From an uncultured Bacteroidota bacterium (GTDB lineage: Bacteria; Bacteroidota; Bacteroidia; Bacteroidales; WCHB1-69): a DNA stretch of 64,000 bases. The translations under genes and the position numbers were made by a program. The notes below the pieces were generated by a model, which saw only the letters and a program-made list of their open reading frames with translations, searched no databases and was not told where the DNA came from. The first letter of the stretch is position 1. Each line of letters begins with the position of its first letter. Location: contig CADBTU010000016.1 of assembly GCA_902797625.1 (NCBI GenBank), positions 630 through 64,629 on the forward strand, read 5' to 3'. Below are positions 9,532 through 19,981 of this stretch, piece after piece.

Positions 9532-12500
9532 TTAATTTTGGACAGAGGTTTCATCTTCCATTTGACGGCCAAAATTCAAATACAAGTTTTTTAATGCGGC
9601 TCCTAACTCAGGAGAGATGTTGTTTATTATATTTATTTGACTGTCAACAACTTGTTGTATTTTATTATCGGTATTTGAATCACCGATAAGTTTAGCAATT
9701 ACCTGAATTTGATAGAAATCATTAAAAGAACGGGCGATTGCCTGCTGATCGAGGTCTGGTCTGCGTAGTTGTGAAGCTATTGACGATTGTAAAGTATTTA
9801 TATAGTAAGAGGCAACTTTGTCAATTTTGATATCTTTAAAACGTTTAGTTATTGATTTATCAGGATAGTTCTTAGTCAATAACATATTCAAAAACGCAAA
9901 ATCAGTACTCAAATCAGAACTTCTATAGTCTAAAGTTCTTTCATCTGTATTATTATACCAATTAAAGAGTTCGATTTCTCCATCTAACATAGCGTTGGCC
10001 ATCTTCATTCCTTCTTTATTAGCTGCGTCTGTTCTAATTCCAAAGAAACTATCCAAATAACCAAGACAAGAATATGTATAACCATAATTGAGGGACATAA
10101 CAGCTATATAAGGGAAATTTTCATTAGGAAGAATCTCATTTCCACGCTTTAGAACCTCAAGAGCTTTTTCGCTTTTTCCTTCAGAGATAAGTTGATTAGC
10201 CAAACGAGAATATAGACGTCTTATCAAAGATGTGAGTCGGATATTGTCTTCATTTTGATAAACGTTAGGATCGTTAAAACCACCCCAAAGATATTTATAA
10301 GATTCATGATTAGTAGTGTTGTTATTGCTAACTGCATCAACACGACTATGATCATTGAAAACATTCATAAGATTATGGTAAAGGCGATCAGAGTTGATAC
10401 GACCAGTTTCACCCATTTGACGACTATTATTACGAATTGGTACCAATTTATAAGCAAAACCTTCGAGTTGGAAATAATCTTCAAGTCCAAGATATGCCTC
10501 AGAGCCAGATGTAGAAGCGTAGTAAATAGGACGATCCCAGTTATTGTTAACCAAAATATCCATCATCACAATATAGGCTTTAGAGAAGAAGTTGACACGA
10601 TCAGACTTAAGATTCCACATCATTTTATCAACTATTAGAGCGGAGTCTTCAGGAGAAACTATACCATTTTCCAACACTTTTTTCTTATCAACAGACAAAG
10701 AAAAACTTCCAGGTATAGCCATGCCTGTGCTTCTATAACCGTTATTAGGATTAAGAAGCATAACGTGACGTTGATTATCAAATGTAGGAGATTTGATATA
10801 ATCAACCACAGCTTTTAGATCAACAAATTGATTTTTAGCGGGTTCTAAATATAGAGCATCGCGTGTTCCATCTCTATATTGTTCCCAAGTCATAGAAATA
10901 GGCAATGGGTCTGATTCGTAAGCTTTACGTTTCATTTGGTCAACGTACCAACTTGCACTTAACAGCATTAAATTGCAGACTCTCACATCTGTGCGATAGC
11001 CTTCAACTTCTTGAGCATACCACAATGGAAAAGTATCATTGTCGCCTAATGTAAACAAGATAGCATTAGGTTCACAAGAGTCGAGATAATTTTTAGCAAT
11101 AGCTAAAGCAGTATATCTATCGGATCTATCGTGGTCGTTCCAGTTTTCTTTAGCCATAACGCAAGGTACAAGAGCTAAACAAACAACAGTTGTTAGTACC
11201 GCTCCTGACAGTTGGATACCTTTGTTTTCAATCTTTTCAAATAGACGATATATTGCTAAAACGCCGAAGCCTACCCACATAGAGAAAGCGTAGAAAGAGG
11301 CAGCAAAAGCGTAGTCGCGTTCACGAGGTTGGAAAGCGTACATATTCAAATAAACAGCAATAGCTAAGCCTGTCATAATGAAAAGCATAAACACCACAAA
11401 GCTATGTTTAGAATCTTGTTTTGTTTGGAAAATTAAGCCTATTAAGCCTAAGAGTAGAGGTAATAAATAGTATTTATTGTGTCCTGGGCGTTCCATAGCT
11501 GCTGGGAGGTTATTAAGATCTCCAACCATTGGTTTGTCTATAGCTCCAATTCCAGAAATCCAGTTACCATTTTGGTATTCTCCGTGTCCCTGTATATCAT
11601 TCTGACGACCAGCAAAATTCCACATAAAATAACGCCAGTACATATACCCTAACTGATAGGTGTGGAAAAATTTTATATTTTGCTGCCAAGTTGGAAGATT
11701 ACCTCTTGCCAAAGACCTACGATTTTCTTTATCCGAAGGACTATCGGAGTTGTAACGATTATTCAACCAATCAATATATAGGTTTTGTTTTTCGGATGAC
11801 CACATACGTGGAAAAAACATACTTCCCTTAGTATCGTATATGGGTATTTCGCCTTTACGAGGGTTGGATACCACATATTTTTTTGATACTTCATCGCGGT
11901 AATAAACAGGATTACCGTCTTCGGTTCCTACTACTTTTGTGTTATAACTTTGACCATAAAGCAAAGGATTTGAACCATATTGTTCACGATTCAAATAAGA
12001 CAGGAGCGAAACGGCATCTTCTGGGCTATTTTCATCAATAGTTGGATTGGCATTTGAGCGAATTACAAGAGTCATAAATGTTGAATATCCTATGATAAGC
12101 ATCAACAGTGAGTAAGTGCTAATAGTTATTACTGGACGTTTTTTCTTATTTCCATACCAAATACCAAAGCCAATAATAGCAGCAATAAGCAAGAAAAAGA
12201 AAATAACACCAGAATTGAAAGGTAAGCCCAAGGAATTAACAAAGAAAAGATCGAATTTTCCTGATAAGTTAACCATCTGAGGAACTATACCCCAAAGAAT
12301 AAAACCGAGAAGTATCACCGAGATTATTAAAGTAAATAAAACTCCCCATTCAGCCATAGATGATAATGTGCCCCTTTTTGCGCAAAGCACTAATAATGGA
12401 ATTGTGATAAAAGCCCAAATCAGAATCATCAATATTGGTGAACAGAATATGCTGAAGCCAAAAGAGAGAATAGCAAAAGCGAGAATAGCTCCCATTTTTG

Positions 12501-13161
12501 TAGCTTTGGGATTAAGACGATAATAGATTATTAAACCAATAGCTGGGAGAGTTAAAAGATTTAATAGGTGAACACCTATAGAAAGACCCACTAAATATGC
12601 TATAAGAACAATCCAACGATTTGGATTCACGCCTTGAATAGGATTTGCATATTCTTCATCCCACTTAAGAATACACCAAAATACTAAAGCGGTGAAAAAC
12701 GAAGACATAGCATAAACCTCTCCTTCAACTGCAGAAAACCAGAATGTATCTGTGAAAGTATAGGTCAAAGCTCCCACGAGAGCAGTTCCTAATACTGCTA
12801 CAAATCTCGGAGTGTTGAGTTCGCCCCATTTAGACACTAATTTACGAGCAAGGCGCACTATTGTAAAATAGAGCAGCATTATTGTCAAACCGCTACAAAC
12901 GGCCGACATACAGTTTACGCAAAAAGCCATCTTAGTAACATCGCCTCCTGCGAAAAGAGTTGCAATACGCCCAATTATCTGGAATGTTGGTGCTCCAGGT
13001 GGATGCCCTATTAACAGTTTTGATGTGGTAGCGATATATTCACCACAATCCCACCACGAAACTGAAGGTTCAGCAGTCATGATATATACGGCAGAAGCCA
13101 CAACACCAATTATTAAGCCGATAAGATTGTTAATCCTTTTCTGATTTTTTGTCATATTCAA
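9532..13161 (-). CDS. DUF2723-family large membrane protein (GT-C-like glycosyltransferase fold) with long soluble C-terminal region
   Basis: 1209 aa. N-terminal WWDCGEY..GHPPGAP motif and about 11 or more TM helices typical of DUF2723, plus a C-terminal alpha-rich region. Confidence 0.7.
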   Translation of the reverse strand: MNMTKNQKRINNLIGLIIGVVASAVYIMTAEPSVSWWDCGEYIATTSKLLIGHPPGAPTFQIIGRIATLFAGGDVTKMAFCVNCMSAVCSGLTIMLLYFTIVRLARKLVSKWGELNTPRFVAVLGTALVGALTYTFTDTFWFSAVEGEVYAMSSFFTALVFWCILKWDEEYANPIQGVNPNRWIVLIAYLVGLSIGVHLLNLLTLPAIGLIIYYRLNPKATKMGAILAFAILSFGFSIFCSPILMILIWAFITIPLLVLCAKRGTLSSMAEWGVLFTLIISVILLGFILWGIVPQMVNLSGKFDLFFVNSLGLPFNSGVIFFFLLIAAIIGFGIWYGNKKKRPVITISTYSLLMLIIGYSTFMTLVIRSNANPTIDENSPEDAVSLLSYLNREQYGSNPLLYGQSYNTKVVGTEDGNPVYYRDEVSKKYVVSNPRKGEIPIYDTKGSMFFPRMWSSEKQNLYIDWLNNRYNSDSPSDKENRRSLARGNLPTWQQNIKFFHTYQLGYMYWRYFMWNFAGRQNDIQGHGEYQNGNWISGIGAIDKPMVGDLNNLPAAMERPGHNKYYLLPLLLGLIGLIFQTKQDSKHSFVVFMLFIMTGLAIAVYLNMYAFQPRERDYAFAASFYAFSMWVGFGVLAIYRLFEKIENKGIQLSGAVLTTVVCLALVPCVMAKENWNDHDRSDRYTALAIAKNYLDSCEPNAILFTLGDNDTFPLWYAQEVEGYRTDVRVCNLMLLSASWYVDQMKRKAYESDPLPISMTWEQYRDGTRDALYLEPAKNQFVDLKAVVDYIKSPTFDNQRHVMLLNPNNGYRSTGMAIPGSFSLSVDKKKVLENGIVSPEDSALIVDKMMWNLKSDRVNFFSKAYIVMMDILVNNNWDRPIYYASTSGSEAYLGLEDYFQLEGFAYKLVPIRNNSRQMGETGRINSDRLYHNLMNVFNDHSRVDAVSNNNTTNHESYKYLWGGFNDPNVYQNEDNIRLTSLIRRLYSRLANQLISEGKSEKALEVLKRGNEILPNENFPYIAVMSLNYGYTYSCLGYLDSFFGIRTDAANKEGMKMANAMLDGEIELFNWYNNTDERTLDYRSSDLSTDFAFLNMLLTKNYPDKSITKRFKDIKIDKVASYYINTLQSSIASQLRRPDLDQQAIARSFNDFYQIQVIAKLIGDSNTDNKIQQVVDSQINIINNISPELGAALKNLYLNFGRQMEDETSVQN

Positions 13162-13190
13162 AATTATTACTTATTATCTAAAAATAGTTA

Positions 13191-14216
13191 CTATTTTGTA
13201 GCTGCTTTGAATTGTTGTAAAAACCTGACGTCGTTCTCAAAATAGAGGCGAATATCATTGGTTTTATATTTCAACATAGTCATTCTTTCAATTCCGAGAC
13301 CAAAAGCGAAACCACTATATTTGTTGCTATCTATTCCACAATTTTCGAGTACGTTTGGGTCAACCATACCACAACCAAGAATTTCCACCCAACCAGTATG
13401 TTTACAAAGATTGCAACCAGCACCTCCACAGATATTGCAAGATATGTCCACCTCTGCTGAAGGTTCTGTAAAAGGAAAATAAGAAGGGCGTAAACGAATC
13501 TTAACCTCATTTCCAAACATCCTTTGTGCAAAATACAAGAGAGTCTGTTTCATATCAGCAAAAGAGACATTTTCTGCTATGTATAGACCTTCAACCTGGT
13601 GAAATATACAATGAGCGCGTGAAGTTATTGCCTCGTTACGAAATACTCTACCAGGACAAATAACACGAATTGGAGGTTGTTGGCTTTCCATCGTACGCAC
13701 TTGCAACGACGAGGTATGAGTGCGTAAAAGCACATCTGGGCGAACTTTTATAAAAAATGTATCTTGCATGTCGCGAGCGGGATGTTCTTCAGCAAAATTC
13801 AACGCTGTAAACACATGCCAATCGTCTTCAATATCAGGGCCTTCAACGGCAGAAAATCCTATCTCTTCAAAAATCTGACGCACCTCATTCATCATAATCG
13901 AAATTGGATGCATAGAGCCTACTGTTTGGCGTGCGGCAGGGCGAGTAATATCAGGAATCTCTACTGTTTTTGTGTTTGTCGTTGATTCAATGACAGCCTT
14001 ATACCTATTATAACTATTTTGCGCAAGGTCGCGAAGATCATTAACTAATTGCCCGAACTCTTTTCGATTCTCTTGTGCTATATTTTTAATCTGACCAAAA
14101 AGCGATTGTATCTCGCTTTTCTTGCTCAGAAATTGAAGACGAAACTGTTCTAATGACTCTGCGTTCTCAACTTTGAAATTCTCAATCTCCGCTTTTATCT
14201 CTTCTATACTTTTCAT
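13191..14216 (-). CDS. pheS: Phenylalanine--tRNA ligase alpha subunit
   Basis: 341 aa with class II aaRS motifs (HPARDMQDTF, FRNE, GFAFGLGIERM). Confidence 0.95.
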   Translation of the reverse strand: MKSIEEIKAEIENFKVENAESLEQFRLQFLSKKSEIQSLFGQIKNIAQENRKEFGQLVNDLRDLAQNSYNRYKAVIESTTNTKTVEIPDITRPAARQTVGSMHPISIMMNEVRQIFEEIGFSAVEGPDIEDDWHVFTALNFAEEHPARDMQDTFFIKVRPDVLLRTHTSSLQVRTMESQQPPIRVICPGRVFRNEAITSRAHCIFHQVEGLYIAENVSFADMKQTLLYFAQRMFGNEVKIRLRPSYFPFTEPSAEVDISCNICGGAGCNLCKHTGWVEILGCGMVDPNVLENCGIDSNKYSGFAFGLGIERMTMLKYKTNDIRLYFENDVRFLQQFKAATK

Positions 14217-14259
14217 ACGTAATTTGTTGTTTTCGATTGATGTATAATCACCAAAATCT

Positions 14260-14985
14260 CTATTTCAGAATGGTGGCACTTATAATCTTAATGTCTTGTA
14301 TAGGTCTGTCTGAAGCATCTTTTTGCTGTTCTGCTATTTTATCAACAACATCCATGCCTTCTAAAACCTCACCAAAAACAGTGTAGTCTCCATCCAAGAA
14401 AGGAGCACCACCTACTGTTGTATAGATTGCAATCTGTTCGGGTGTAAAAGTTTTACCTGTACGTTGCGAAATCATATTCATATAATTGTTGTCGCAAACA
14501 GTTCCATCAACTATATAAAATTGGCAGCCTGAAGACTCCTTTTTAGGATTTACATTATCGCCCATACGAGCAGCAGCAACAGCTCCGCGTTTATGATAAT
14601 GATTTGATCTAAATTCTGCAGGAATTGTGTAACCAATATCACCACTGCCAAGGTGCTGACCTGATTTTGCATTCTTGGAATCTGGATCGCCTCCTTGAAT
14701 CATAAATCCTTTGATTATTCTATGAAATAAAACACCATCATAAAATTTCTCGTTCACCAATTTTTCAAAATTTGCCTTGTGATTAGGAGTGTCGTCATAC
14801 AATGCTATCGTAATATCTCCCATAGATGTTTTTAACAAAACTTTTGTCATCTTTTCGGTATTATTTTCTGATATATTTTTCTCTGTTTTATTAACTTCAT
14901 TTTCTGTTTTTACTTTTTTTGGTGAATTACAAGCAGTAAAAACAACAACAGTCAAAATTATTGATAATATTATATACTTTCTCAT
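14260..14985 (-). CDS. Cyclophilin-type peptidyl-prolyl isomerase, lipoprotein
   Basis: Signal peptide plus Cys (VVFTAC). Has FHRIIKGFMIQGGDP and SGCQFYI motifs. Confidence 0.9.
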   Translation of the reverse strand: MRKYIILSIILTVVVFTACNSPKKVKTENEVNKTEKNISENNTEKMTKVLLKTSMGDITIALYDDTPNHKANFEKLVNEKFYDGVLFHRIIKGFMIQGGDPDSKNAKSGQHLGSGDIGYTIPAEFRSNHYHKRGAVAAARMGDNVNPKKESSGCQFYIVDGTVCDNNYMNMISQRTGKTFTPEQIAIYTTVGGAPFLDGDYTVFGEVLEGMDVVDKIAEQQKDASDRPIQDIKIISATILK

Positions 14986-15013
14986 TTTAGTATGAATAAA
15001 ACATTACAAGCCG

Positions 15014-15021
15014 CAAAAATA
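15014..15021 (-). promoter_or_regulatory. -7 promoter box (TATTTTTG) for the PPIase/pheS transcription unit
   Basis: Exact TAnnTTTG on the minus strand, 29 nt upstream of the ATG at 14985. Confidence 0.45.
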
Positions 15022-15216
15022 CAAAAAAATACAAAGAAGCGAGGATAATTGTTATCAACCATTTTTTATCAATAACAATTGTATTTTTAATTGTTAAACA
15101 TTGCTGTCAGCTAAAACAAAAAGTAAACTTTTAGCGCATGCGGGGAAAACTTTATAACAGACAATAATAATTGCTAACATTTCATCTTAAGTTAGACACT
15201 TTTTGCAGAACTTCAA

Positions 15217-16353
15217 CTAAATTTGTTCTCTTTTAGCTAATTCGTAAAACATATTTGCACCACTTTCGATAATATCATCTGGAAAATCATAATCTGGATG
15301 ATGTAGTGGCGGTTGCTCTGTCCCCGAACCTAATCCAAATAAAGCTCCATTATAATGCTGCGTGAAGAGCCCAAAATCCTCTCCCCAAAAGAAAGGATTC
15401 TTTTTCTCAACATATTTTATACCAAGGCTTTCAGCACTTTCTTTTACTCTTGATACAGCCGTCTCAGAGTTGTTCGAAGCTGCAAAATATTCAAGCCAAG
15501 AAATTTTACTTTTTAAGCCCATAGTTTTTTTCGTTTCTTGTTTTACAATTTCTTCAATATCTTTTTTGATATTTAGAAGTTTTTTGTCAACAGTTGTTCT
15601 TATCGTAAATCTTAATATACCTTGTCCTGCGGCAACACCGTAAGCTTCTCTACCAACCCTAAATTCTATGAGGGTAGTAATACAGAAATCAGAAGATAAT
15701 ATGTCGTGATTATTATATGAACTAATTTTCTTTGTTATTGCTTGTGCTGCATCGTAAGGAGAAACAGAGTTCCAAGGTTCTGCCGCGTGTGATGTTTTCC
15801 CTAATAATATAATCTCACAACTTATTACAGAACAAGTAAAACTTCCTAATTTACAAATTATTGCATTTTTTTCTTCTCCTGGAATATTATGCAAAGCGTA
15901 AACTCTTTCTATCTCATAATCATCTAATAAAGACTCTTTTAAGATCTCAATAGCACCCTTGCCTGTTTCTTCAGCTCCCTGAAATAGAAGCAGTATTTTG
16001 CCTCTATTTAACGGATTTTGATGTAACATTTCAGCTAATTTTAATAAAATTGTACAGTGTCCATCATGACCGCATTTATGCGAAACTCCGTCATTTTTAG
16101 AGTGATAATTTAAATCTATTGCTTCATCCACTTTTATTGCATCCATATCAGCACGGAAAAGTACAATTTTTCCGTCGTTACCAAAGCTAAATTCTGCTAA
16201 AATATGATTTCCATTTGAAAACTTGAGGATTTTTGTTGGTTTAGTCTCTTTCAATTTATCAACAATGAACGCTGAAGTTTTTGTTTCGCAGCCTGAAATT
16301 TCGGCTATCGAGTGTAGCTGATGACGTATTTCTGTAAAATTCATAAATTTCAA
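15217..16353 (-). CDS. M20D-family amidohydrolase (N-acyl-amino-acid amidohydrolase-like)
   Basis: 378 aa. Has RADMDA, HKCGHDGH and QGAEE metal-ligand motifs. Confidence 0.8.
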   Translation of the reverse strand: MKFMNFTEIRHQLHSIAEISGCETKTSAFIVDKLKETKPTKILKFSNGNHILAEFSFGNDGKIVLFRADMDAIKVDEAIDLNYHSKNDGVSHKCGHDGHCTILLKLAEMLHQNPLNRGKILLLFQGAEETGKGAIEILKESLLDDYEIERVYALHNIPGEEKNAIICKLGSFTCSVISCEIILLGKTSHAAEPWNSVSPYDAAQAITKKISSYNNHDILSSDFCITTLIEFRVGREAYGVAAGQGILRFTIRTTVDKKLLNIKKDIEEIVKQETKKTMGLKSKISWLEYFAASNNSETAVSRVKESAESLGIKYVEKKNPFFWGEDFGLFTQHYNGALFGLGSGTEQPPLHHPDYDFPDDIIESGANMFYELAKREQI

Positions 16354-16355
16354 TT

Positions 16356-16826
16356 TTAATGGTGATAAGGTTCATTGTTCAGAATTGTGCATACTCTGTA
16401 CAATTGCTCTGCAAAAATTAGTCGCACCATAATATGTGGAAAGGTAAACTTTGATAAAGCTATTTGTGAATTTTGGCGAGCATATACATCATTGGAAAAC
16501 CCATACGCTCCACCTATTACAAAAGTCAGAACTTTACGTCCAGAATTAGCACATTGCTGTACAAAATTTGCAAATTGCACAGAGGTGTACTCTTTACCTC
16601 GTTCATCTAACAATATCACAAGTTCGTCTTTTTCTATTTTTTTTAGAATTGCTTCACCTTCTCGTTTTTTTTGTTCCTCTTCCGACATATTTTTAGCGTT
16701 CTTCAGATATGGTATAGCAACTATTTCGTAAGGAAAATATGAAACTATTTTCTTAGTGTAAGATTTTATTGCCTCATCGAACATATCACCGTCAGGCTTT
16801 CCCACCCATATTAGTTTTATTTTCAT
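16356..16826 (-). CDS. rlmH: 23S rRNA (pseudouridine1915-N3)-methyltransferase
   Basis: 156 aa SPOUT fold. Has FVIGGAYG and HH at the C-terminus. Confidence 0.9.
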   Translation of the reverse strand: MKIKLIWVGKPDGDMFDEAIKSYTKKIVSYFPYEIVAIPYLKNAKNMSEEEQKKREGEAILKKIEKDELVILLDERGKEYTSVQFANFVQQCANSGRKVLTFVIGGAYGFSNDVYARQNSQIALSKFTFPHIMVRLIFAEQLYRVCTILNNEPYHH

Positions 16827-16850
16827 AATGTATTACTTGTTTTATGGGCG

Positions 16851-16858
16851 CAAAAGTA
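16851..16858 (-). promoter_or_regulatory. -7 promoter box (TACTTTTG) for rlmH
   Basis: Exact TAnnTTTG on the minus strand, 25 nt upstream of the ATG at 16826. Confidence 0.45.
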
Positions 16859-16879
16859 GTATTTTTGAGATAATTTTTC

Positions 16880-16887
16880 TATTTTTG
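16880..16887 (+). promoter_or_regulatory. -7 promoter box (TATTTTTG) for ybjQ-like gene
   Basis: Exact TAnnTTTG 69 nt upstream of the ATG at 16956. Confidence 0.4.
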
Positions 16888-16955
16888 CGACCATGTTTGT
16901 GAGAGGAAATTTGAAACAATAGCAAGTATTTTTAATTATATAATCAAGTTCTGTT

Positions 16956-17276
16956 ATGATTTTAACAACAACATCCATTGTAGAAGGAAAGCAAATTGTA
17001 AACTATCATGGCGTAGTTTTCGGAGAAGTTATTTCTGGAGTAAATTTTGTTAAAGATTTCTTTGCAAGTATAAGAAATGTAATTGGCGGGCGGTCAGGTT
17101 CTTATGAAAACGAACTAATGAATGCTCGTAATAAGGCGTTGCAAGAACTCGAAGACCGTGCCCTAAAATTAGGTGCTAATGCTGTTATAGGTATTGATAT
17201 AGACTACGAAGTTTTAGGAGAAAATAACGGTATGTTAATGGTTACAGCATCAGGTACTGCCGTAACTATCGTATAA
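16956..17276 (+). CDS. YbjQ/UPF0145 family protein
   Basis: 106 aa. Has GGRSG.YE, ..A..L...A..LGANAV.G.D.DYE and ..V.A.GTAV, typical of UPF0145. Confidence 0.85.
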   Translation: MILTTTSIVEGKQIVNYHGVVFGEVISGVNFVKDFFASIRNVIGGRSGSYENELMNARNKALQELEDRALKLGANAVIGIDIDYEVLGENNGMLMVTASGTAVTIV

Positions 17277-17325
17277 TTGTTACAAATGTTTTAATAAAAC
17301 CATGTCTCCACATCAAAAAAAAGTA

Positions 17326-17333
17326 TATCTTTG
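17326..17333 (+). promoter_or_regulatory. -7 promoter box (TATCTTTG) for TPR-ribH-fmt unit
   Basis: Exact TAnnTTTG 27 nt upstream of the ATG at 17360. Confidence 0.5.
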
Positions 17334-17359
17334 CGACCCTAAAAATTTATGTAAAGAAT

Positions 17360-18064
17360 ATGACAAACAGTGAAAAATTAGGCTCAAAGAAAGAAGAGCA
17401 AGTGCAAGAAAATGAAAATTTTGTAACTAAAATTCTCTCCTTTTTCAATAAATACCAGAACATTATTTATGGTATTATTACTGGTATTCTTGTTGTAATT
17501 ATAGCACTGATGGCTTTCAATAGATTCTATTTGCAAAAGAAGAACGCCGAAGCTTCCGCTCAAATAACACAACCTATTCAATGGCTTTCACAAGGTGATA
17601 CAGCATCTCTCAAATTAGCTCTTGAGGGAGATGGCGAAAATGAAGGATTTATAGATATTGCAAATAACTATAAGATTACAAAAACCGCTAACACTGCAAA
17701 TTATTACGCAGGTTTAACGTATCTTAAACTTGGCAAAAAAGATGAAGCCCTTGATTATTTGAAAAAATTCAAAAAGAAAGAGGATGTTCTATGGTATGCT
17801 TGTCAAGCAGTTATAGGCGATATTTACGATGATATGGGCGAAGAAGATAAAGCTATCAGCCAATATGAGAAATCTGTTAAGGGTCAAGATCCTTATTTTA
17901 CTCCTATTAACCTTTTCAAACTTGGTCAAATGTACGAAAGAAAAGAAGATTGGAACAAAGCTCTTAATGCTTACCAAAGAATTGAAAATGAATTCTATAC
18001 TGAATATAATAGAATGAGCGTTGCTCAATATGTAGAAAGAGCAAAATCAAAAGCTTCAAAATAA
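17360..18064 (+). CDS. Membrane-anchored tetratricopeptide-repeat protein
   Basis: 234 aa. One N-terminal TM helix, then TPR-like repeats (YYAGLTYLKLGKKDEAL, GDIYDDMGEEDKAI, LGQMYERKEDWNKAL). Confidence 0.65.
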   Translation: MTNSEKLGSKKEEQVQENENFVTKILSFFNKYQNIIYGIITGILVVIIALMAFNRFYLQKKNAEASAQITQPIQWLSQGDTASLKLALEGDGENEGFIDIANNYKITKTANTANYYAGLTYLKLGKKDEALDYLKKFKKKEDVLWYACQAVIGDIYDDMGEEDKAISQYEKSVKGQDPYFTPINLFKLGQMYERKEDWNKALNAYQRIENEFYTEYNRMSVAQYVERAKSKASK

Positions 18065-18068
18065 AATT

Positions 18069-18557
18069 ATGATTGAAAAGAAGAAAAACTTATCGGAATT
18101 TATTCCTTTTGAGTTTTCTTCCGCAAAAGATAAAAGAATCGGTATTGTGGTTAGTGAATGGAATAACCACATTACCGATTCGCTTTTGAATGGTGCGGTA
18201 GATTGCTTGAAAGAATACGGATTTACACAAGAAAATATAATTATTCACAATGTTCCAGGTAGTTTTGAACTTCCACTTGGCGCAAAATGGCTCCTTCAAA
18301 ATTCTTCTGTTGATGCTGTTATTTGCGTAGGTTGTGTTATTCAAGGTGAAACTCGACATTTTGATTTTATTTCTCAAGCTGTTGCTGATGGCATTATGAA
18401 TGTAGGATTAGATTTTGCAAAGCCTGTTGTTTTTAGTGTTTTAACAACTAATGATATGCAGCAAGCCGAAGAGCGTGCAGGTGGCAAACATGGTAATAAA
18501 GGAGTTGAAGGTGCTATTACCTGCTTGAAAATGCTTAAAATGCACGATTCGCTATGA
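18069..18557 (+). CDS. ribH: 6,7-dimethyl-8-ribityllumazine synthase
   Basis: 162 aa. Has VPG.FELP, G.VI.GET.HF and GNKG motifs. Confidence 0.95.
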   Translation: MIEKKKNLSEFIPFEFSSAKDKRIGIVVSEWNNHITDSLLNGAVDCLKEYGFTQENIIIHNVPGSFELPLGAKWLLQNSSVDAVICVGCVIQGETRHFDFISQAVADGIMNVGLDFAKPVVFSVLTTNDMQQAEERAGGKHGNKGVEGAITCLKMLKMHDSL

Positions 18558-19516
18558 AAAAATTAAGAGTAGTTTTTATGGGAACCCCAGAATTTGCGGT
18601 TTCAACACTTGATGCTATTCGTAAGAGCGGACATGACGTTGTTTGCGTTGTAACTACCCCTGATAAACCTGCTGGACGTGGACAACAGATACGCTTCTCT
18701 GATGTTAAAAAATATGCCTTGGAACATAATTTACCTCTTCTTCAACCCGAAAAATTGAAAGATGATGGATTTGTTGAAGACCTGCGCGACTATTTAGCAG
18801 ATGTTTTTGTGGTTGTGGCTTTCAGGATGTTGCCAAAATGTGTTTATCAAATTCCACCTTTGGGAACTTTTAATGTACACGCATCACTTCTTCCTCAATA
18901 TCGCGGTGCTGCTCCAATTCAACGCGCCATTATAAACGGGGAAACGAAAACTGGCGTAACAACTTTTCTCTTAGATGAACATACCGATACAGGTGCCATT
19001 TTAAATCAAACTTCGGTTGATATTCAATCCGACGACAACGCTGGTTCTCTTCATGATAAATTGATGATCGCTGGAGCTGAAATAGCTGTTCAAACTCTTG
19101 AACAATTAGCTAATAATTCAGCCTCCCCAAAACCTCAAAACTCTGTCGAACCTCTTAAAAGTGCTCCTAAAATTTTCAAAGATGATATGCATATCAATTG
19201 GAATAATCCTGCTTCTCAAATTCTAAACCTAATACGAGGATTGTCTCCATACCCCGCTGCGTTTTCTATCTTAAAACTTAAAAATGATAATTATAGGCAA
19301 ATTACACTGAAAATTTACGATGCGGAAGTCTCTTCTTCTAAAAGTGATGATAATCCAGGTAAAATTATTGTCGATTCTTCAAAAAAAATGCAAATTTGCA
19401 CCCAAAATTTCAATATTATAGTCAAATCTTTACAAATTGAAGGTAAAAGGCGTATGAATATTGAAGATTTTTTAATCGGATTTCGTTTGGAAAATTACAT
19501 TGATTGTTTATTTTGA
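18554..19516 (+). CDS. fmt: Methionyl-tRNA formyltransferase
   Basis: 320 aa. Has FMGTPEFAV, NVHASLLP.YRGAAPI and ..D.G. motifs. Overlaps ribH by 4 nt. Confidence 0.95.
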   Translation: MKKLRVVFMGTPEFAVSTLDAIRKSGHDVVCVVTTPDKPAGRGQQIRFSDVKKYALEHNLPLLQPEKLKDDGFVEDLRDYLADVFVVVAFRMLPKCVYQIPPLGTFNVHASLLPQYRGAAPIQRAIINGETKTGVTTFLLDEHTDTGAILNQTSVDIQSDDNAGSLHDKLMIAGAEIAVQTLEQLANNSASPKPQNSVEPLKSAPKIFKDDMHINWNNPASQILNLIRGLSPYPAAFSILKLKNDNYRQITLKIYDAEVSSSKSDDNPGKIIVDSSKKMQICTQNFNIIVKSLQIEGKRRMNIEDFLIGFRLENYIDCLF

Positions 19517-19608
19517 TGTAAATACTAATAGTTAATCAGATTAAATATAAACAATATCAACATTTTATCCACAATCAATAAACAATACCTATATTTAACA
19601 AAATTTAC

Positions 19609-19616
19609 TAAATTTG
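19609..19616 (+). promoter_or_regulatory. -7 promoter box (TAAATTTG) for HU gene
   Basis: Exact TAnnTTTG 39 nt upstream of the ATG at 19655. Confidence 0.45.
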
Positions 19617-19654
19617 TGGCTCAAATTAAATACTAACTTTTTAAATCAAAAAAC

Positions 19655-19924
19655 ATGAACAAGAGTGAATTAATTAGTGCAATGGCTGAAAAAGCCAATT
19701 TGACAAAAGTTCAAGCTAAAGCTGCTTTAGAATCTTTCATTGCTTCTACAGAAGAAACTTTGAAAAAAGGTGATAAGATTTCTTTGATCGGATTCGGTAC
19801 ATTCAGCGTAGCTGACCGCAAAGCAAGAACTGGTCACAATCCACAAACTGGCAAAAAAATTAAAATTGCTGCTAAGAAAGTCGTTAAATTCAAAGCTGGT
19901 TCAGCTTTCGACAATATGAAATAA
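19655..19924 (+). CDS. HU-family DNA-binding protein
   Basis: 89 aa. Has MNKSELI, ..GFG.F.V..R.AR.G.NP.TG..I.I.A motifs. Confidence 0.95.
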   Translation: MNKSELISAMAEKANLTKVQAKAALESFIASTEETLKKGDKISLIGFGTFSVADRKARTGHNPQTGKKIKIAAKKVVKFKAGSAFDNMK

Positions 19925-19948
19925 CGAATTTTTTATTCTTTATTTACT

Positions 19949-19975
19949 AAAAGCCCTTGTATAGGGCTTTTTTGT
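19949..19975 (+). terminator. Intrinsic terminator after HU gene
   Basis: AAAGCCCT-TGTAT-AGGGCTTT followed by TTTT. Confidence 0.7.
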
Positions 19976-19981
19976 TATATA

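Noticed and set aside
10255-10638. 127-aa plus-strand ORF inside the DUF2723 gene, and similar antisense ORFs (8485-8829, 16375-16731, 50777-51112, 44433-44732)
   Set aside because: All lie wholly inside strongly supported genes on the opposite strand and have low-complexity or odd composition.
15043-15080. Inverted repeat AATTGTTAT-N16-ATAACAATT between the M20 amidohydrolase and the PPIase promoter
   Set aside because: A 9-bp AT-only stem with a 16-nt loop and no following U-tract on the relevant strand. Too weak to call a terminator or operator.
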